Shown: piece after piece, positions 10,961-20,626 of the stretch
Layout of the letters: each line of letters opens with the position of its first letter
How positions within the stretch are numbered: position 1 is the first letter of the stretch
Assembly (NCBI GenBank): GCA_964460785.1
Contig: CAYWQB010000002.1
Span: 65,364-129,363 of the forward strand
DNA length: 64,000 nucleotides
Source of the DNA: an uncultured bacterium
GTDB lineage: Bacteria; Chlamydiota; Chlamydiia; Chlamydiales; CAYWQB01
Direction of reading: 5' to 3'
The notes under the pieces: model-generated
Told to the model about the DNA's origin: nothing
Seen by the model: the letters and a program-made list of their open reading frames with translations, nothing else
Databases searched by the model: none
Position numbers and translations under genes: made by a program

Positions 10961-11867
10961 TCAGCTTGAAGCGCTTCCTTCCAACCAACAGTTAACTGCA
11001 TTTACGCTGGGAAATTTTGATGGTGTACATATAGGACACCAGTTCCTGATCAAAAAACTCTGTATGGCAGCAAAAGAAAGAGATGCGCAGGCTGTAGCAC
11101 TTACCTTTTCAAACCACCCCTCATGGGTTTTGCATCCAGAGCAGAAAAAACCTTTGATTTGCTCCATTGAGCAGAAAGTGGAGCTTTTAGCCTCCTTAGG
11201 GCTTGATGCATTAGTTTGTATTCCTTTTAAACATTCCCTCTCCAAGCTAGGCCCAGAAGATTTCTTAAACCAAATACAAGCAAAGCTAAACCTTTGCTAC
11301 TGCCTATTTGGTTCTGAAGCTTCATTTGGCTATCAACGGTCGGGCACTCCTGAACGCATTCTCAAATTTGCAAAGAAGAATGGTATCACGCTAGAGTACC
11401 TGAACAAACTGCCAAAAGCATCGAGCACGGAGATTCGCAACCTAATCAAAAAAGGGAGCTTGCAGCAAGCTTCTGCGCTGCTTGGACGCCCATATAGTCT
11501 GAGAGGGTTGGTTATTCAAGGAAAAGGTCTTGGCAGAAAGCTTGGGTTTCCAACACTGAATATCTGCTGCGAAAATCTCTGTCTGCCCCCGCTTGGCGTC
11601 TACTTAAGCCAAACAGTCATCAATGGAAAAAGTTACCCCTCTCTCTCCAACCTTGGCACTGCGCCTACAGTGAGTGAGGCCAAGACTCCTCAACTAGAAA
11701 GCTATCTACTAACAGCTGCTCCTTTTGAGGAAGCACAAACGATTGACGTTCAGCTGAAGGAATACCTCCGCCCTGAAAAGCGCTTTGCATCTCAGGAAGC
11801 ATTGAGTATGCAGATTCAAAAGGATGTTAGGCAGGCAAAAGCCGCTTTTAACCTTGTGCCAAGTTAG
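10944..11867 (+). CDS. ribF: bifunctional riboflavin kinase / FMN adenylyltransferase
   Basis: N-terminal FTLGNFDGVHIGHQ nucleotidyltransferase motif and C-terminal riboflavin-kinase part (LGFPTLN ... ESYLL). 307 aa. Confidence 0.9.
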   Translation: MMKIYNQLEALPSNQQLTAFTLGNFDGVHIGHQFLIKKLCMAAKERDAQAVALTFSNHPSWVLHPEQKKPLICSIEQKVELLASLGLDALVCIPFKHSLSKLGPEDFLNQIQAKLNLCYCLFGSEASFGYQRSGTPERILKFAKKNGITLEYLNKLPKASSTEIRNLIKKGSLQQASALLGRPYSLRGLVIQGKGLGRKLGFPTLNICCENLCLPPLGVYLSQTVINGKSYPSLSNLGTAPTVSEAKTPQLESYLLTAAPFEEAQTIDVQLKEYLRPEKRFASQEALSMQIQKDVRQAKAAFNLVPS

Positions 11868-12336
11868 CTATGGCGCTTTCTTCCAAGCGGAAAACGGTCC
11901 ACTCATCCATAGCTTTGGCTCCAATTGAGAGGTAGAAATCAATAGCTGATTGGTTCCAATCAAGCACCCACCACTCCACTCTTCCACACTCCCGCTCTTT
12001 AGCTACCTGGCAAAGTTTTTGAAATAGTCGTTTGCCAACCCCATTTCCACGAGAGCTTGGTGAGACATACAAATCTTCAAGGTATAAACCTGGTTTTGCA
12101 AGGAAGGTGGAGTAGTTATGAAAGAAAAGAGCAAAGCCAACAGGTTGTCCATGTAGCTCTGCAAGGAGTACCTCTGCGTATTTACGCTCTCCAAAAAGCG
12201 TTTGAGCAAGTTTTTCCTCACTCGCGACTACCTCATGCTCAAGCTTTTCATACTTAGCAAGTTCCACAATAAAATGTAAAACAGTCTTGAGATCTTTTTC
12301 CTCAGCAAACCGAATTGTAACAGATTTATCCTTCAT
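11848..12336 (-). CDS. GNAT N-acetyltransferase, diamine/spermidine acetyltransferase-like
   Basis: IRFAEEKDL...ELAKYEKL...GLYLEDLYVSPSSRGNGVGKRLF...VLDWNQSAIDFY matches the SSAT-like GNAT pattern, including the acetyl-CoA loop R-G-x-G-x-G. Confidence 0.8.
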   Translation of the reverse strand: MKDKSVTIRFAEEKDLKTVLHFIVELAKYEKLEHEVVASEEKLAQTLFGERKYAEVLLAELHGQPVGFALFFHNYSTFLAKPGLYLEDLYVSPSSRGNGVGKRLFQKLCQVAKERECGRVEWWVLDWNQSAIDFYLSIGAKAMDEWTVFRLEESAIANLAQG

Positions 12337-12455
12337 AACACATTCACAGTCATTGCATTATCTAAAAATCTGGGTAAGTATTACACAAAGTAGGAAGTTT
12401 GCAACTAAAATAATTTCTGATAAAAGGTCTGTGATCGCTGAGAAAAGGATCCTAT

Positions 12456-14540
12456 ATGAAAATCACCTACCGCCCTCGTATCCGAGTCACCCTGCTGACC
12501 CTCTTCCTCCTACTTGTGATCACCTCTACGGGTTGTATTATTTTCATCAATCACCGTATCTCCACAGAGGCATATCGAGAGGATGCCATCCGTGATATTG
12601 GCCATACACATGACTTTATTGAGTCTAGGATTACAACCTTTTTATACCCTGTCAATAACCTTCTCCACTACTTTCAAAAGCACTTTAATGAGCTCGACCC
12701 AGAGAAAAATAGTATTGATTCATTCAAAAAGAAGTACTTGAGTGTCTTACTCGCTCTTCCACAGTTTCGAGGCATTGGCATAGGAACCCCTTCTGGGGAT
12801 ATTTACTATGTATCAAAAGTTCCTCCCCATACGAAAGGGGCACCAAAAGAGGCTGTTTTTTACCTTTATGGCTGCTCTCAAGGCCTTACTTGTACAGAAG
12901 AATATTTAGATATCAATGGAGGAACAATCCCCCCCTACCCCAAAAGTAAAATCGATATTATCGATGCTCGAACAAGACCATGGTTTGAAGAAGCAAGAGA
13001 GAAGAGAGAGCAAATTTGGACAGAGCCCTACACATATACAAATGGAGACCGTGGCATTTCATCCGCTATGCCATTATTTACTGAAGGAAAGCTAAAAGGC
13101 GTGGCTTTTATTGACCTTACTCTTGATGAGCTTGCAGGGTTTTTAGCAGAAATTCCACTGGGGACTCATAGTTTTGCAGCGATTTTAGATAGCGAAGGAA
13201 ACTATGTCGTTAAGGGCCCTTCAAGTAACTCAGCACGCTACTACCAGCAAACACAAAACAGAGAGCTTCTACCCACTCTCTCACAAGCCCTTCTTAACCT
13301 GGGACACCTAGAGCAAGCGAAAACAATCAACCACAAAAACCTTCTCATTAACTTTTCCTCTATTCAAAAGCTTTTCGAGAATAACTGGTATTTTTGTTTG
13401 GCAATTCCAGAAACAGATTTTATTGGAAATGTTAAAGAGGCCAGTACAAAGGTGATTGGCTTTTCTTTAATCTTTGTTGCTATCGCCATCATCCTAAGCG
13501 TTGTCTTCGCTCGTTCCCTAGCGAGGCCCATCCTAGGACTTTCTGAAGAAATGCTTTTAATCAAGGATTTCAATTTAGAGAGTTCCAGGCATATTAACTC
13601 CTGGGTTTATGAAATCGATCTCATGAGCCAAGCCTTAGACTCTATGAAAAAAGGACTGACGGCCTTTGGGAGCTATGTCCCCAAAAGGCTTGTTCGCAAA
13701 TTACTGATCAATGGGGAGCAGGCAAAAATAGGGGGCAGAAAAAAAGCTCTGACGATTCTATTTACAGATGTATACGACTTTACCTCTATTTCAGAGAAAA
13801 GGCCCATCGATGAGGTGTTTCCCCTACTCTCTGAGTACCTTGCTCTAATTACTGATGAAATTGAAGAAAGTAAAGGAACCATTGATAAATTCATGGGAGA
13901 TGGGGTGCTTGCATTTTGGGGAGCTCCTGACCAGATCAAAAATTCGACAAAGACAGCCTGTCATTCCGTTTTGAAGTGCAAAGCAAAAGTTCAACAGCTC
14001 AATGAAGAGTGGCAAAAAAAGGGACTTCCTCCCTTCCATACTCGTTTTGCCTTGAACTATGGAGAAAGCTTAGTAGGAAATGTGGGCTCTCCATCTAGGA
14101 TGAATTATACGGTCATGGGAGATACCGTAAACACCTGTGCACGCCTAGAAAGCTTAAATAAAAACTTCCAGACAACCATCATTGTGAGCCAGCCTGTCTA
14201 TGAGAGAACAAAAGATCAGTTTTTATACCGAACCATCGACTTTGTTGCCCTAAAGGGGAAAAAAGAAGGAACAAAAGTCTATGAGTTACTAGCGGGATAT
14301 GAGGCAGAAGCAGCAATCCAGCCCTCTGAGGAAGATAAAAAGCTTTCTGCATTATCAGAGACTGGGTTTGAGGCCTATCTTCAAAAAGATTGGCAGGGAG
14401 CAAAAGCTGCCTACCAGGAAATCAAAACACTATTTCCTACAGATGTAACGGCTGAGATCTTCCTAGCAAGAATTGAGCAATTCGAAAAAGAGCCCCCTCC
14501 AGAAGATTGGCAGGGACTCTTCATCCTACACACGAAGTAG
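12456..14540 (+). CDS. membrane sensor adenylate/guanylate cyclase (Cache-like ectodomain, HAMP, class III cyclase, TPR-like tail)
   Basis: N-terminal TM, then a periplasmic Cache-like region (TRPWFEEA...WTEPYTYTNGDRGISSAMPLF) and a second TM. HAMP region (ARSLARPILGLSEEM). Cyclase motifs ILFTDVYDFTSISE, KFMGDGVLAFWGAP, MGDTVNTCARLES. Confidence 0.85.
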   Translation: MKITYRPRIRVTLLTLFLLLVITSTGCIIFINHRISTEAYREDAIRDIGHTHDFIESRITTFLYPVNNLLHYFQKHFNELDPEKNSIDSFKKKYLSVLLALPQFRGIGIGTPSGDIYYVSKVPPHTKGAPKEAVFYLYGCSQGLTCTEEYLDINGGTIPPYPKSKIDIIDARTRPWFEEAREKREQIWTEPYTYTNGDRGISSAMPLFTEGKLKGVAFIDLTLDELAGFLAEIPLGTHSFAAILDSEGNYVVKGPSSNSARYYQQTQNRELLPTLSQALLNLGHLEQAKTINHKNLLINFSSIQKLFENNWYFCLAIPETDFIGNVKEASTKVIGFSLIFVAIAIILSVVFARSLARPILGLSEEMLLIKDFNLESSRHINSWVYEIDLMSQALDSMKKGLTAFGSYVPKRLVRKLLINGEQAKIGGRKKALTILFTDVYDFTSISEKRPIDEVFPLLSEYLALITDEIEESKGTIDKFMGDGVLAFWGAPDQIKNSTKTACHSVLKCKAKVQQLNEEWQKKGLPPFHTRFALNYGESLVGNVGSPSRMNYTVMGDTVNTCARLESLNKNFQTTIIVSQPVYERTKDQFLYRTIDFVALKGKKEGTKVYELLAGYEAEAAIQPSEEDKKLSALSETGFEAYLQKDWQGAKAAYQEIKTLFPTDVTAEIFLARIEQFEKEPPPEDWQGLFILHTK

Positions 14541-15635
14541 TTAGTTATGGAGGAAAAGGATGACATCTCCATCTTGGACAAGATACTCTTTCCCTTCAGT
14601 GCGCATCTTGCCAGCCTCTTTAGCTGCAGCGCGCCCCCCACAATCAATAAAATCCTGAAATGGAATAACCTCAGCCCGGATAAAGCCACGCTCGATATCA
14701 GAGTGAATTTTTCCAGCAGCTTGTGGAGCTGTAGCTCCTTGGGGGCATACCCAAGCACGCGTTTCCACTTCGCCTGTCGTTAAAAATGACTGAAGGCCTA
14801 GTAACTTAAAAGACGAGCGGATCAAACGATGCAAGCCGGGTTCATCCATCCCCATCCCTTCAAGCATCTCTGCCCTTTCTTCTTTAGGGAGGGTCGAAAT
14901 TTCATATTCCATCGCTACACAGAGAGGCAAGACTTCTCCTCCCTCTTTTGCAGCATAGTCTTCAAGGGTCTTGACTCGCTCTTGCTCGACTCCTGTCGGT
15001 TGCGCTTCAGAGACATTTGCCACATATAAGGTCGGCTTAAACGTTAGAAAGGTATAGATTGCTAAGGCCTGGCGCTCTTCTTCTGTGAAGCTGCAGCTTC
15101 GTAAAGAAAGCCCATCATTGAGGTAGGCAGCTGCTTTTTCTAAAGCGAGCTTTAAGCCTTTAGCTTTTGGATCTGCTTTTGCCTGACGCTCCACCTTTTG
15201 CAAAGCTTTCTCACACATTTGTAAATCGGCCAAAGAGAGTTCTGTTTGGATGACCTCGATATCTGCCAAAGGGTCTACCTTTCCAGCAACGTGTACAACA
15301 TCGGCATCATCAAAACAGCGCACTACTTGGATAATGGCATCCGTTTCACGAATATTGGCTAAGAATTGGTTGCCTAGCCCTTCCCCTTGAGAAGCTCCTG
15401 CCACAAGGCCTGCAATATCTGTAAAGCGCATGGAAGCTGGAATAATTTTTTGGCTTTTTGAAATTTTGGATAGAGGCGGCAGCCGAGGATCTGGAACCTC
15501 AACAACGCCTACATTTGGATCAATTGTACAAAAGGGATAGTTTTCAGCATCCACTGCATTTTCAGTTAGGGCAGAAAATAGGGTCGATTTTCCAACATTT
15601 GGCAAACCGACAATACCACAGGATAAACTACTCAC
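14541..15635 (-). CDS. ychF: ribosome-binding ATPase YchF
   Basis: P-loop [14 protein letters not shown], 364 aa, YchF/OLA1 C-terminal FIRAEV...[11 protein letters not shown]. Confidence 0.93.
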   Translation of the reverse strand: MSSLSCGIVGLPNVGKSTLFSALTENAVDAENYPFCTIDPNVGVVEVPDPRLPPLSKISKSQKIIPASMRFTDIAGLVAGASQGEGLGNQFLANIRETDAIIQVVRCFDDADVVHVAGKVDPLADIEVIQTELSLADLQMCEKALQKVERQAKADPKAKGLKLALEKAAAYLNDGLSLRSCSFTEEERQALAIYTFLTFKPTLYVANVSEAQPTGVEQERVKTLEDYAAKEGGEVLPLCVAMEYEISTLPKEERAEMLEGMGMDEPGLHRLIRSSFKLLGLQSFLTTGEVETRAWVCPQGATAPQAAGKIHSDIERGFIRAEVIPFQDFIDCGGRAAAKEAGKMRTEGKEYLVQDGDVILFLHN

Positions 15636-15706
15636 AGCGACCTCAACTTTTTTGGCGTGAAGGGATTATAGGTAATCCAGTGAAGAAATGTCTATAGAAA
15701 AATTTC

Positions 15707-15735
15707 TTGACCCTCCTGAGGTTCCCTACTATAAG
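15707..15735 (+). promoter_or_regulatory. candidate sigma-66/70-type promoter of the sctU operon
   Basis: TTGACC (15707-15712), a 17-nt spacer, then TATAAG (15730-15735). Lies 20 nt upstream of the sctU ATG, with AAGAGG as a possible SD. Motif match only. Confidence 0.35.
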
Positions 15736-15755
15736 TTTCACAAAGAAGAGGCGCT

Positions 15756-16808
15756 ATGGGCGAAAAAACCGAAGAAGCAACCCCGAAGAAGCTGCGCGAT
15801 GCGCGCAAGAAAGGGCAAGTTGCTAAGTCTCAAGATTTTCCATCTGCCTTCACCTTTATGGTCTCGCTTTTTACTACCGTGTATTTAGGTGGGTATATCT
15901 ATGACCAATTTAGTGAGTTCTTTTTAACTTGCTTTTCAGCCATGGGCCAGTCCAATGCAAATACAGTGCTCGGGTTGATCAAGCATGGCCTGCATGTGAT
16001 TTTGATCTCGTCTCTTCCTGTTCTTGTGGCTACAGTGTCCATGGGGGTTTTAATCAATTTTTTGATTGTGGGGCCCCTTATCACTTTTGAAGTCTTCAAA
16101 CCTGATATCAAAAAGTTCGATGTCGTAGCGAACCTGCGTAACAAGTTTAAAATGAAAACGTTATTTGAACTTGTCAAATCGCTTTTCAAGATTGCTGGGG
16201 CTAGTGTCATCATCTACCTTTCTGTCGCTGATAAAATTGGTGAGGTTTCTTCCACTGCGACTCTCCCTGTGATAGCAAGCGTGATGGTCGCAAAAGGTTT
16301 TCTTTTAGATGTCGCATTCAAAGTTGGGATTTTTTTCCTTGCAGTTGCTCTTGCTGACCTCGTCTACCAAAAGAACAACTTCCGAAATGAAATGAAGATG
16401 GAAAAATTTGAGGTCAAGCAAGAGTATAAAGACTCTGAAGGAAACCCTGAAATCAAAGGGAAGCGAAAAGAGGTAGCGAGAGAGATCGCGTATGATAGCT
16501 CCCCATCCAAAGCTAGAAAAGCAAAAGCTGTGATTACCAACCCAACACATATTGCTGTGGGTATTGATTATATCCCTGAGTTGAGCCCCGCCCCTTTCAT
16601 CTTAGTGATGGGGAAAGGCCATATTGCGGAGAGAATTATTGAAGAAGCTGCAAAACATAGTGTCCCAATCATGAGAAATGTTGCTCTTGCGAGAACCTTA
16701 TACTATAAGGGGCGTGTGAATGAGATGATTCCTGAAGAGACCTTTGAAGCGATAGCTGATGTCATTATCTGGGTCCGATCGCTGGAAAAACAGAAGGAGT
16801 CCAAATGA
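15756..16808 (+). CDS. sctU: type III secretion export-apparatus switch protein SctU (CdsU/YscU)
   Basis: MGEKTEEATPKKLRDARKKGQVAKSQD N-terminus, four TM segments, NPTH autocleavage motif (VITNPTHIAVGIDY). Confidence 0.93.
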   Translation: MGEKTEEATPKKLRDARKKGQVAKSQDFPSAFTFMVSLFTTVYLGGYIYDQFSEFFLTCFSAMGQSNANTVLGLIKHGLHVILISSLPVLVATVSMGVLINFLIVGPLITFEVFKPDIKKFDVVANLRNKFKMKTLFELVKSLFKIAGASVIIYLSVADKIGEVSSTATLPVIASVMVAKGFLLDVAFKVGIFFLAVALADLVYQKNNFRNEMKMEKFEVKQEYKDSEGNPEIKGKRKEVAREIAYDSSPSKARKAKAVITNPTHIAVGIDYIPELSPAPFILVMGKGHIAERIIEEAAKHSVPIMRNVALARTLYYKGRVNEMIPEETFEAIADVIIWVRSLEKQKESK

Positions 16809-18943
16809 GTGGACCATTAAACAAGTTACTCAACTTCTTTGGAAACCCTAAGATCCTACAGGCGATCCTAAGGCAAAGTGACATCATTTTAGCGATTGTC
16901 TTGGTTGGGATTGTCTCCCTCTTGATTATCCCTGTTCCTCCTCCGATCATTGATATCTTGATCGCCTTTAACTTAACTGCGGCCATTTCCCTTCTTCTTG
17001 TTGCTGTCTATATCCCTTCGGCACTGCAACTCTCTATCTTTCCCTCCCTTTTGTTAGTTACCACTCTCTTTCGTCTGGGTGTGAATATCTCCTCCACACG
17101 CCAAATTCTCCTTCATATGGATGCAGGGGATATCATTTTTGCGTTTGGCAACTTCGTGGTTGGAGGAAACTACGTGGTGGGTGGTGTGATCTTTTTGATC
17201 ATTACACTTGTCCAGTTCATTGTTATTACCAAAGGGGCAGAACGTGTTGCTGAAGTAGCAGCTCGTTTCCGATTGGATGCGATGCCTGGTAAGCAAATGA
17301 GTATTGATGCGGATATGCGCGCTGGAGTCCTGGACCAAGATCAAGCCCGGTTAAAGCGTCTCGAGATCCAAAAAGAGAGTGAGATGTATGGTGCCATGGA
17401 TGGTGCTATGAAATTCGTAAAAGGGGATGCCATTGCCGGGATTGTCATCACATTGATCAACGTCATTGGGGGCTTGATTATTGGGGTTGCGATGCATGGC
17501 TTAACGATGGGGCAATCTGCACAAACCTACTCCTTATTATCAATTGGTGATGGCTTGGTCTCACAGATCCCAGCCCTGCTTATCTCTATCACAGCGGGTG
17601 TGGTTACCACTCGAGTTTCAAGTGATGATACAGACTCCAACTTAGGATCTGAGATCTCTGGCCAGCTCCTCAAGCAGCCAAAAGCTCTTTTGATTTCATC
17701 TGGGGTATTAATCGCTATGGGGGTCCTTGTCCCAGGCTTTCCTGCAGCTGTCTTCCTTCCGCTTGGTGCTGGTGTTGGCGCAATTGGCTATATGCTACTC
17801 CGTGCAAAAAAAACAGCTCCACAGGGAGTAGGAGCAAGTACAACAAGCTCTGCAAGCTCTGACACTAGTGTCGAAGGACACTCTGTGGTTCAGGGTGGAG
17901 GAATTGATGATTATGCACTCACTCTACCTATCATTTTAGAGCTTGGGGATCACCTATCTAACCTTATCAAGAAAGGAGGAGGGGTTGAGTTTGTCGAAGG
18001 GAAAATCCCACGTATGCGGCAAGCTCTCTACCATGACCTAGGTGTGCGCTTTCCTGGAGTACATGTGCGTACAGACACTCCTGGACTAGAAAGTACAGAG
18101 TACTCTATCCAGCTCAATGAAGTGCCTGTGATCCGTGGAAAGGTTCTTAAAGATTACCTCCTCACAAATGAGACAGAAGAACATCTCAACCGCTTCAACC
18201 TCCCTTATGCAAGCTATAAAAACTCTCTAGGTCTCCCCTCTCTCTGGGTAGAAAGGAAATACCAGGACCTTTTAACTAAGGCAGGCATCAAGTTTTGGGG
18301 AGAACTAGAAGTAGTCATTCTTCACATTTCCTACTTTCTCCGCTCACATGCTTCGGAGTTTTTGGGGATTCAGGAAGTGCGCTCTATGCTTGAGTTCATG
18401 GAAAAAACCTATCCAGACTTAGTCAAAGAGGTTACCCGCCTTGTCCCTCTTCAGAAGCTAACGGAAATTTTTAAGCGACTGGTGCAAGAGCAAATTTCTG
18501 TAAAAGACTTGCGCACGATCCTTGAATCCCTTAGTGAGTGGGCACAAAGTGAAAAGGACACCGTTCTTCTTACAGAATACGTACGCTCTTCACTAAAGCG
18601 CTATATCAGTTATAAGTACTCTCAGGGGCAGTCTGTGCTCTCTGTTTACTTACTTGATCCTGAAATTGAGGATATGATTCGTGGTGCGATTAAGCAGACC
18701 TCTGCGGGTTCTTACCTTGCTCTTGATCCAGACTCCGTACAAATGATTTTACAAGCTGTTCGTGCAACAGTGGGTCCTACCCCAGCGGGAGGGCAACCTC
18801 CAGTCCTGTTAGCTGCAATTGATGTGCGCCGCTTTGCGAGAAAGTTGGTAGAAGGAGAGTTTCCCGATATGTCTGTTGTATCTTATCAAGAGGTGATTCC
18901 TGAAATCCGTATCCAGCCCCTTGGGCGCATTCAACTCAGCTGA
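16805..18943 (+). CDS. sctV: type III secretion export gate SctV (CdsV/LcrD)
   Basis: FRLGVNISSTRQIL, AERVAEVAARFRLDAMPGKQMSIDADMRAG, MDGAMKFVKGDAIAG. 712 aa. 4-nt overlap with sctU. Confidence 0.95.
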   Translation: MSGPLNKLLNFFGNPKILQAILRQSDIILAIVLVGIVSLLIIPVPPPIIDILIAFNLTAAISLLLVAVYIPSALQLSIFPSLLLVTTLFRLGVNISSTRQILLHMDAGDIIFAFGNFVVGGNYVVGGVIFLIITLVQFIVITKGAERVAEVAARFRLDAMPGKQMSIDADMRAGVLDQDQARLKRLEIQKESEMYGAMDGAMKFVKGDAIAGIVITLINVIGGLIIGVAMHGLTMGQSAQTYSLLSIGDGLVSQIPALLISITAGVVTTRVSSDDTDSNLGSEISGQLLKQPKALLISSGVLIAMGVLVPGFPAAVFLPLGAGVGAIGYMLLRAKKTAPQGVGASTTSSASSDTSVEGHSVVQGGGIDDYALTLPIILELGDHLSNLIKKGGGVEFVEGKIPRMRQALYHDLGVRFPGVHVRTDTPGLESTEYSIQLNEVPVIRGKVLKDYLLTNETEEHLNRFNLPYASYKNSLGLPSLWVERKYQDLLTKAGIKFWGELEVVILHISYFLRSHASEFLGIQEVRSMLEFMEKTYPDLVKEVTRLVPLQKLTEIFKRLVQEQISVKDLRTILESLSEWAQSEKDTVLLTEYVRSSLKRYISYKYSQGQSVLSVYLLDPEIEDMIRGAIKQTSAGSYLALDPDSVQMILQAVRATVGPTPAGGQPPVLLAAIDVRRFARKLVEGEFPDMSVVSYQEVIPEIRIQPLGRIQLS

Positions 18944-18957
18944 TTTAGGATGGTGTT

Positions 18958-20151
18958 ATGACTCTTGACCCAAGCTTAGGCGCTCAATATATCCCCCCTC
19001 AGGGGCAAACAGATGTTAGCAAAGAGCTACAGGCTGCCAAGGCGAAAGCAAAGGAAATGCAAGCCGAGCAAGTTGATCTTAAGGAAGATATTTTTGATGA
19101 TCAGCAGGAAGCCTTCAACCCTTGGGCAGCAAATCGTGGCATCAAAGAGAAGATGAAAGAGCTCAAGCAACGAGTACCTGTAAAAGCTGAAACACCTAAA
19201 CAAGCCAAGCAAGTTGAGAGCAAAGAAGCAGCCTTAAAGCAGGGCCAAGACTCCGCAAAAGAATTTGTCAAGTCTAACCCAGAGTTAAAAGAAGAGGGGC
19301 TAACCAAGCTTTTGCAGCAGCTGCTTGAAGGAGACCACTCTCCTGAAGACATTTTGAAGATGGCACAAGATCTCCATGAAGATCCTTCTATGGTAGATCA
19401 AGTGCTGGAGTTTTTGAAGGAAAATAGCCCTCATGAGCTAGAGAAAAAGATCCGTAAAGCGCAAGACGACTTTCGAGCGCGCAAAAGAAGAGAGATTTCT
19501 GCAGGAAAAAATATCCAAGAACAAGCTCTTGAGTTTGCAGCACAGGGACTGGGCTCACCAACTTTTCTACGTAACCTCTACCGCAAGATTACCGGAGAGG
19601 AGATGCAGGAGCATGAACTCTTTGATGAGCTCTCTGGAAATTTTACCTACTCACAGTTACTAGAAGCGGTTCGCTTTTTGTTACATGCTCTAGGTGATGA
19701 CATTAAATCTAAAGGTCCTTCTATCCCTCGCGCCGAGCTACAAACCCTATTTGTAGAGGTGCGCAAGTTACAACTAGTTCTTGGTGTTTACCGATTTTTC
19801 CAAAGCCGCATGGACTTGCTTTACGATTACTTTGACCGCTATGATCTTGATTATCCAGAAGGACTTACTTTCCAAATTATTGCTCGCAGCTATGTCAAAC
19901 TCAGCAAAGATCACTACCCAAATAGCCAAAAGATGCTCGCTCTGGGTGCAGACTTTGGGTTAGAAGAAAATGTGCCTGGCCTCATGATTGTGCTCACGCA
20001 AATGAGAGATGCCGTAAGAAATACTTCCCAGCGGCTTTTCTACTCACCTAAGCATCGTCAGGACATGTTATCAGCGTATATTGAGGCTATTGAACAACTT
20101 GATGTCCTGCTTGATGAGGAAGAAGAAGAGGAAGAGGAGGAGGAAAGTTAA
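18958..20151 (+). CDS. copN: type III secretion gatekeeper, CopN/SctW-like
   Basis: 397 aa helical protein with an unstructured N-terminus and a poly-Glu tail. It occupies the sctV-copN-scc1-malQ position known from Chlamydia. The call rests mainly on synteny. Confidence 0.7.
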   Translation: MTLDPSLGAQYIPPQGQTDVSKELQAAKAKAKEMQAEQVDLKEDIFDDQQEAFNPWAANRGIKEKMKELKQRVPVKAETPKQAKQVESKEAALKQGQDSAKEFVKSNPELKEEGLTKLLQQLLEGDHSPEDILKMAQDLHEDPSMVDQVLEFLKENSPHELEKKIRKAQDDFRARKRREISAGKNIQEQALEFAAQGLGSPTFLRNLYRKITGEEMQEHELFDELSGNFTYSQLLEAVRFLLHALGDDIKSKGPSIPRAELQTLFVEVRKLQLVLGVYRFFQSRMDLLYDYFDRYDLDYPEGLTFQIIARSYVKLSKDHYPNSQKMLALGADFGLEENVPGLMIVLTQMRDAVRNTSQRLFYSPKHRQDMLSAYIEAIEQLDVLLDEEEEEEEEEES

Positions 20152-20619
20152 TTGATCCAGAATCCATTTGAACAGCTCATGGAAGAGTTAGGGCAAGGGC
20201 TTGAAATTGACCTCACTTCTCCTAAAAATGGGATTTATACTTTTCAACTAGAAGACAGGTACACAATACAAGTTCGCCCAGACCAATCAGGGCACTACGT
20301 ACTCTTCCTTTCAAAAGTTGCAGAGCTTCCCCCTGGAGCTTTTGCAACCCGTGTATTTAAGCGTGCTCTCCTTTATAATGGATCTGATCAAGTCCAACAT
20401 ACCATGCTGGGATATAGCTTAAAGACACACTGCCTCATTATGCATAATATGATTCCTCTTAAGGATACAACAGGTGAAGAGCTGACAAGCCTTTTTGCAA
20501 CTTTTTATGATGAGTTAAAGAAATGGTCTGAAGCGATTGCCAATGGGCAACCTGGCCCAGCAGAAATCGGCCTAGATTCAGACAGCAAAAATCCACCGCC
20601 ATTTGGCTTAAAGTTGTGA
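20152..20619 (+). CDS. scc1: class I type III secretion chaperone (Scc1/SycE-like)
   Basis: 155 aa, CesT/SycE-like size and pattern. TTG start abuts the copN stop. Synteny with chlamydial scc1. Confidence 0.6.
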   Translation: MIQNPFEQLMEELGQGLEIDLTSPKNGIYTFQLEDRYTIQVRPDQSGHYVLFLSKVAELPPGAFATRVFKRALLYNGSDQVQHTMLGYSLKTHCLIMHNMIPLKDTTGEELTSLFATFYDELKKWSEAIANGQPGPAEIGLDSDSKNPPPFGLKL

Positions 20620-20626
20620 TGGGCAT

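Noticed and set aside
18840-18870. GAAAGTTG ... CCCGATAT inside the sctV 3' end, upstream of copN, resembling sigma-28 -35/-10 boxes
   Set aside because: The spacer is 15 nt instead of 11-12 and the site is inside a coding region. It is likely coincidental.
20101-20151. Poly-Glu tail of CopN (EEEEEEEEEEES); similar acidic tails on S1 (5812-5835) and other proteins
   Set aside because: These are GAA/GAG codon runs encoding acidic tails, which are common in chlamydial proteins. They are not DNA-level repeat elements of independent significance.
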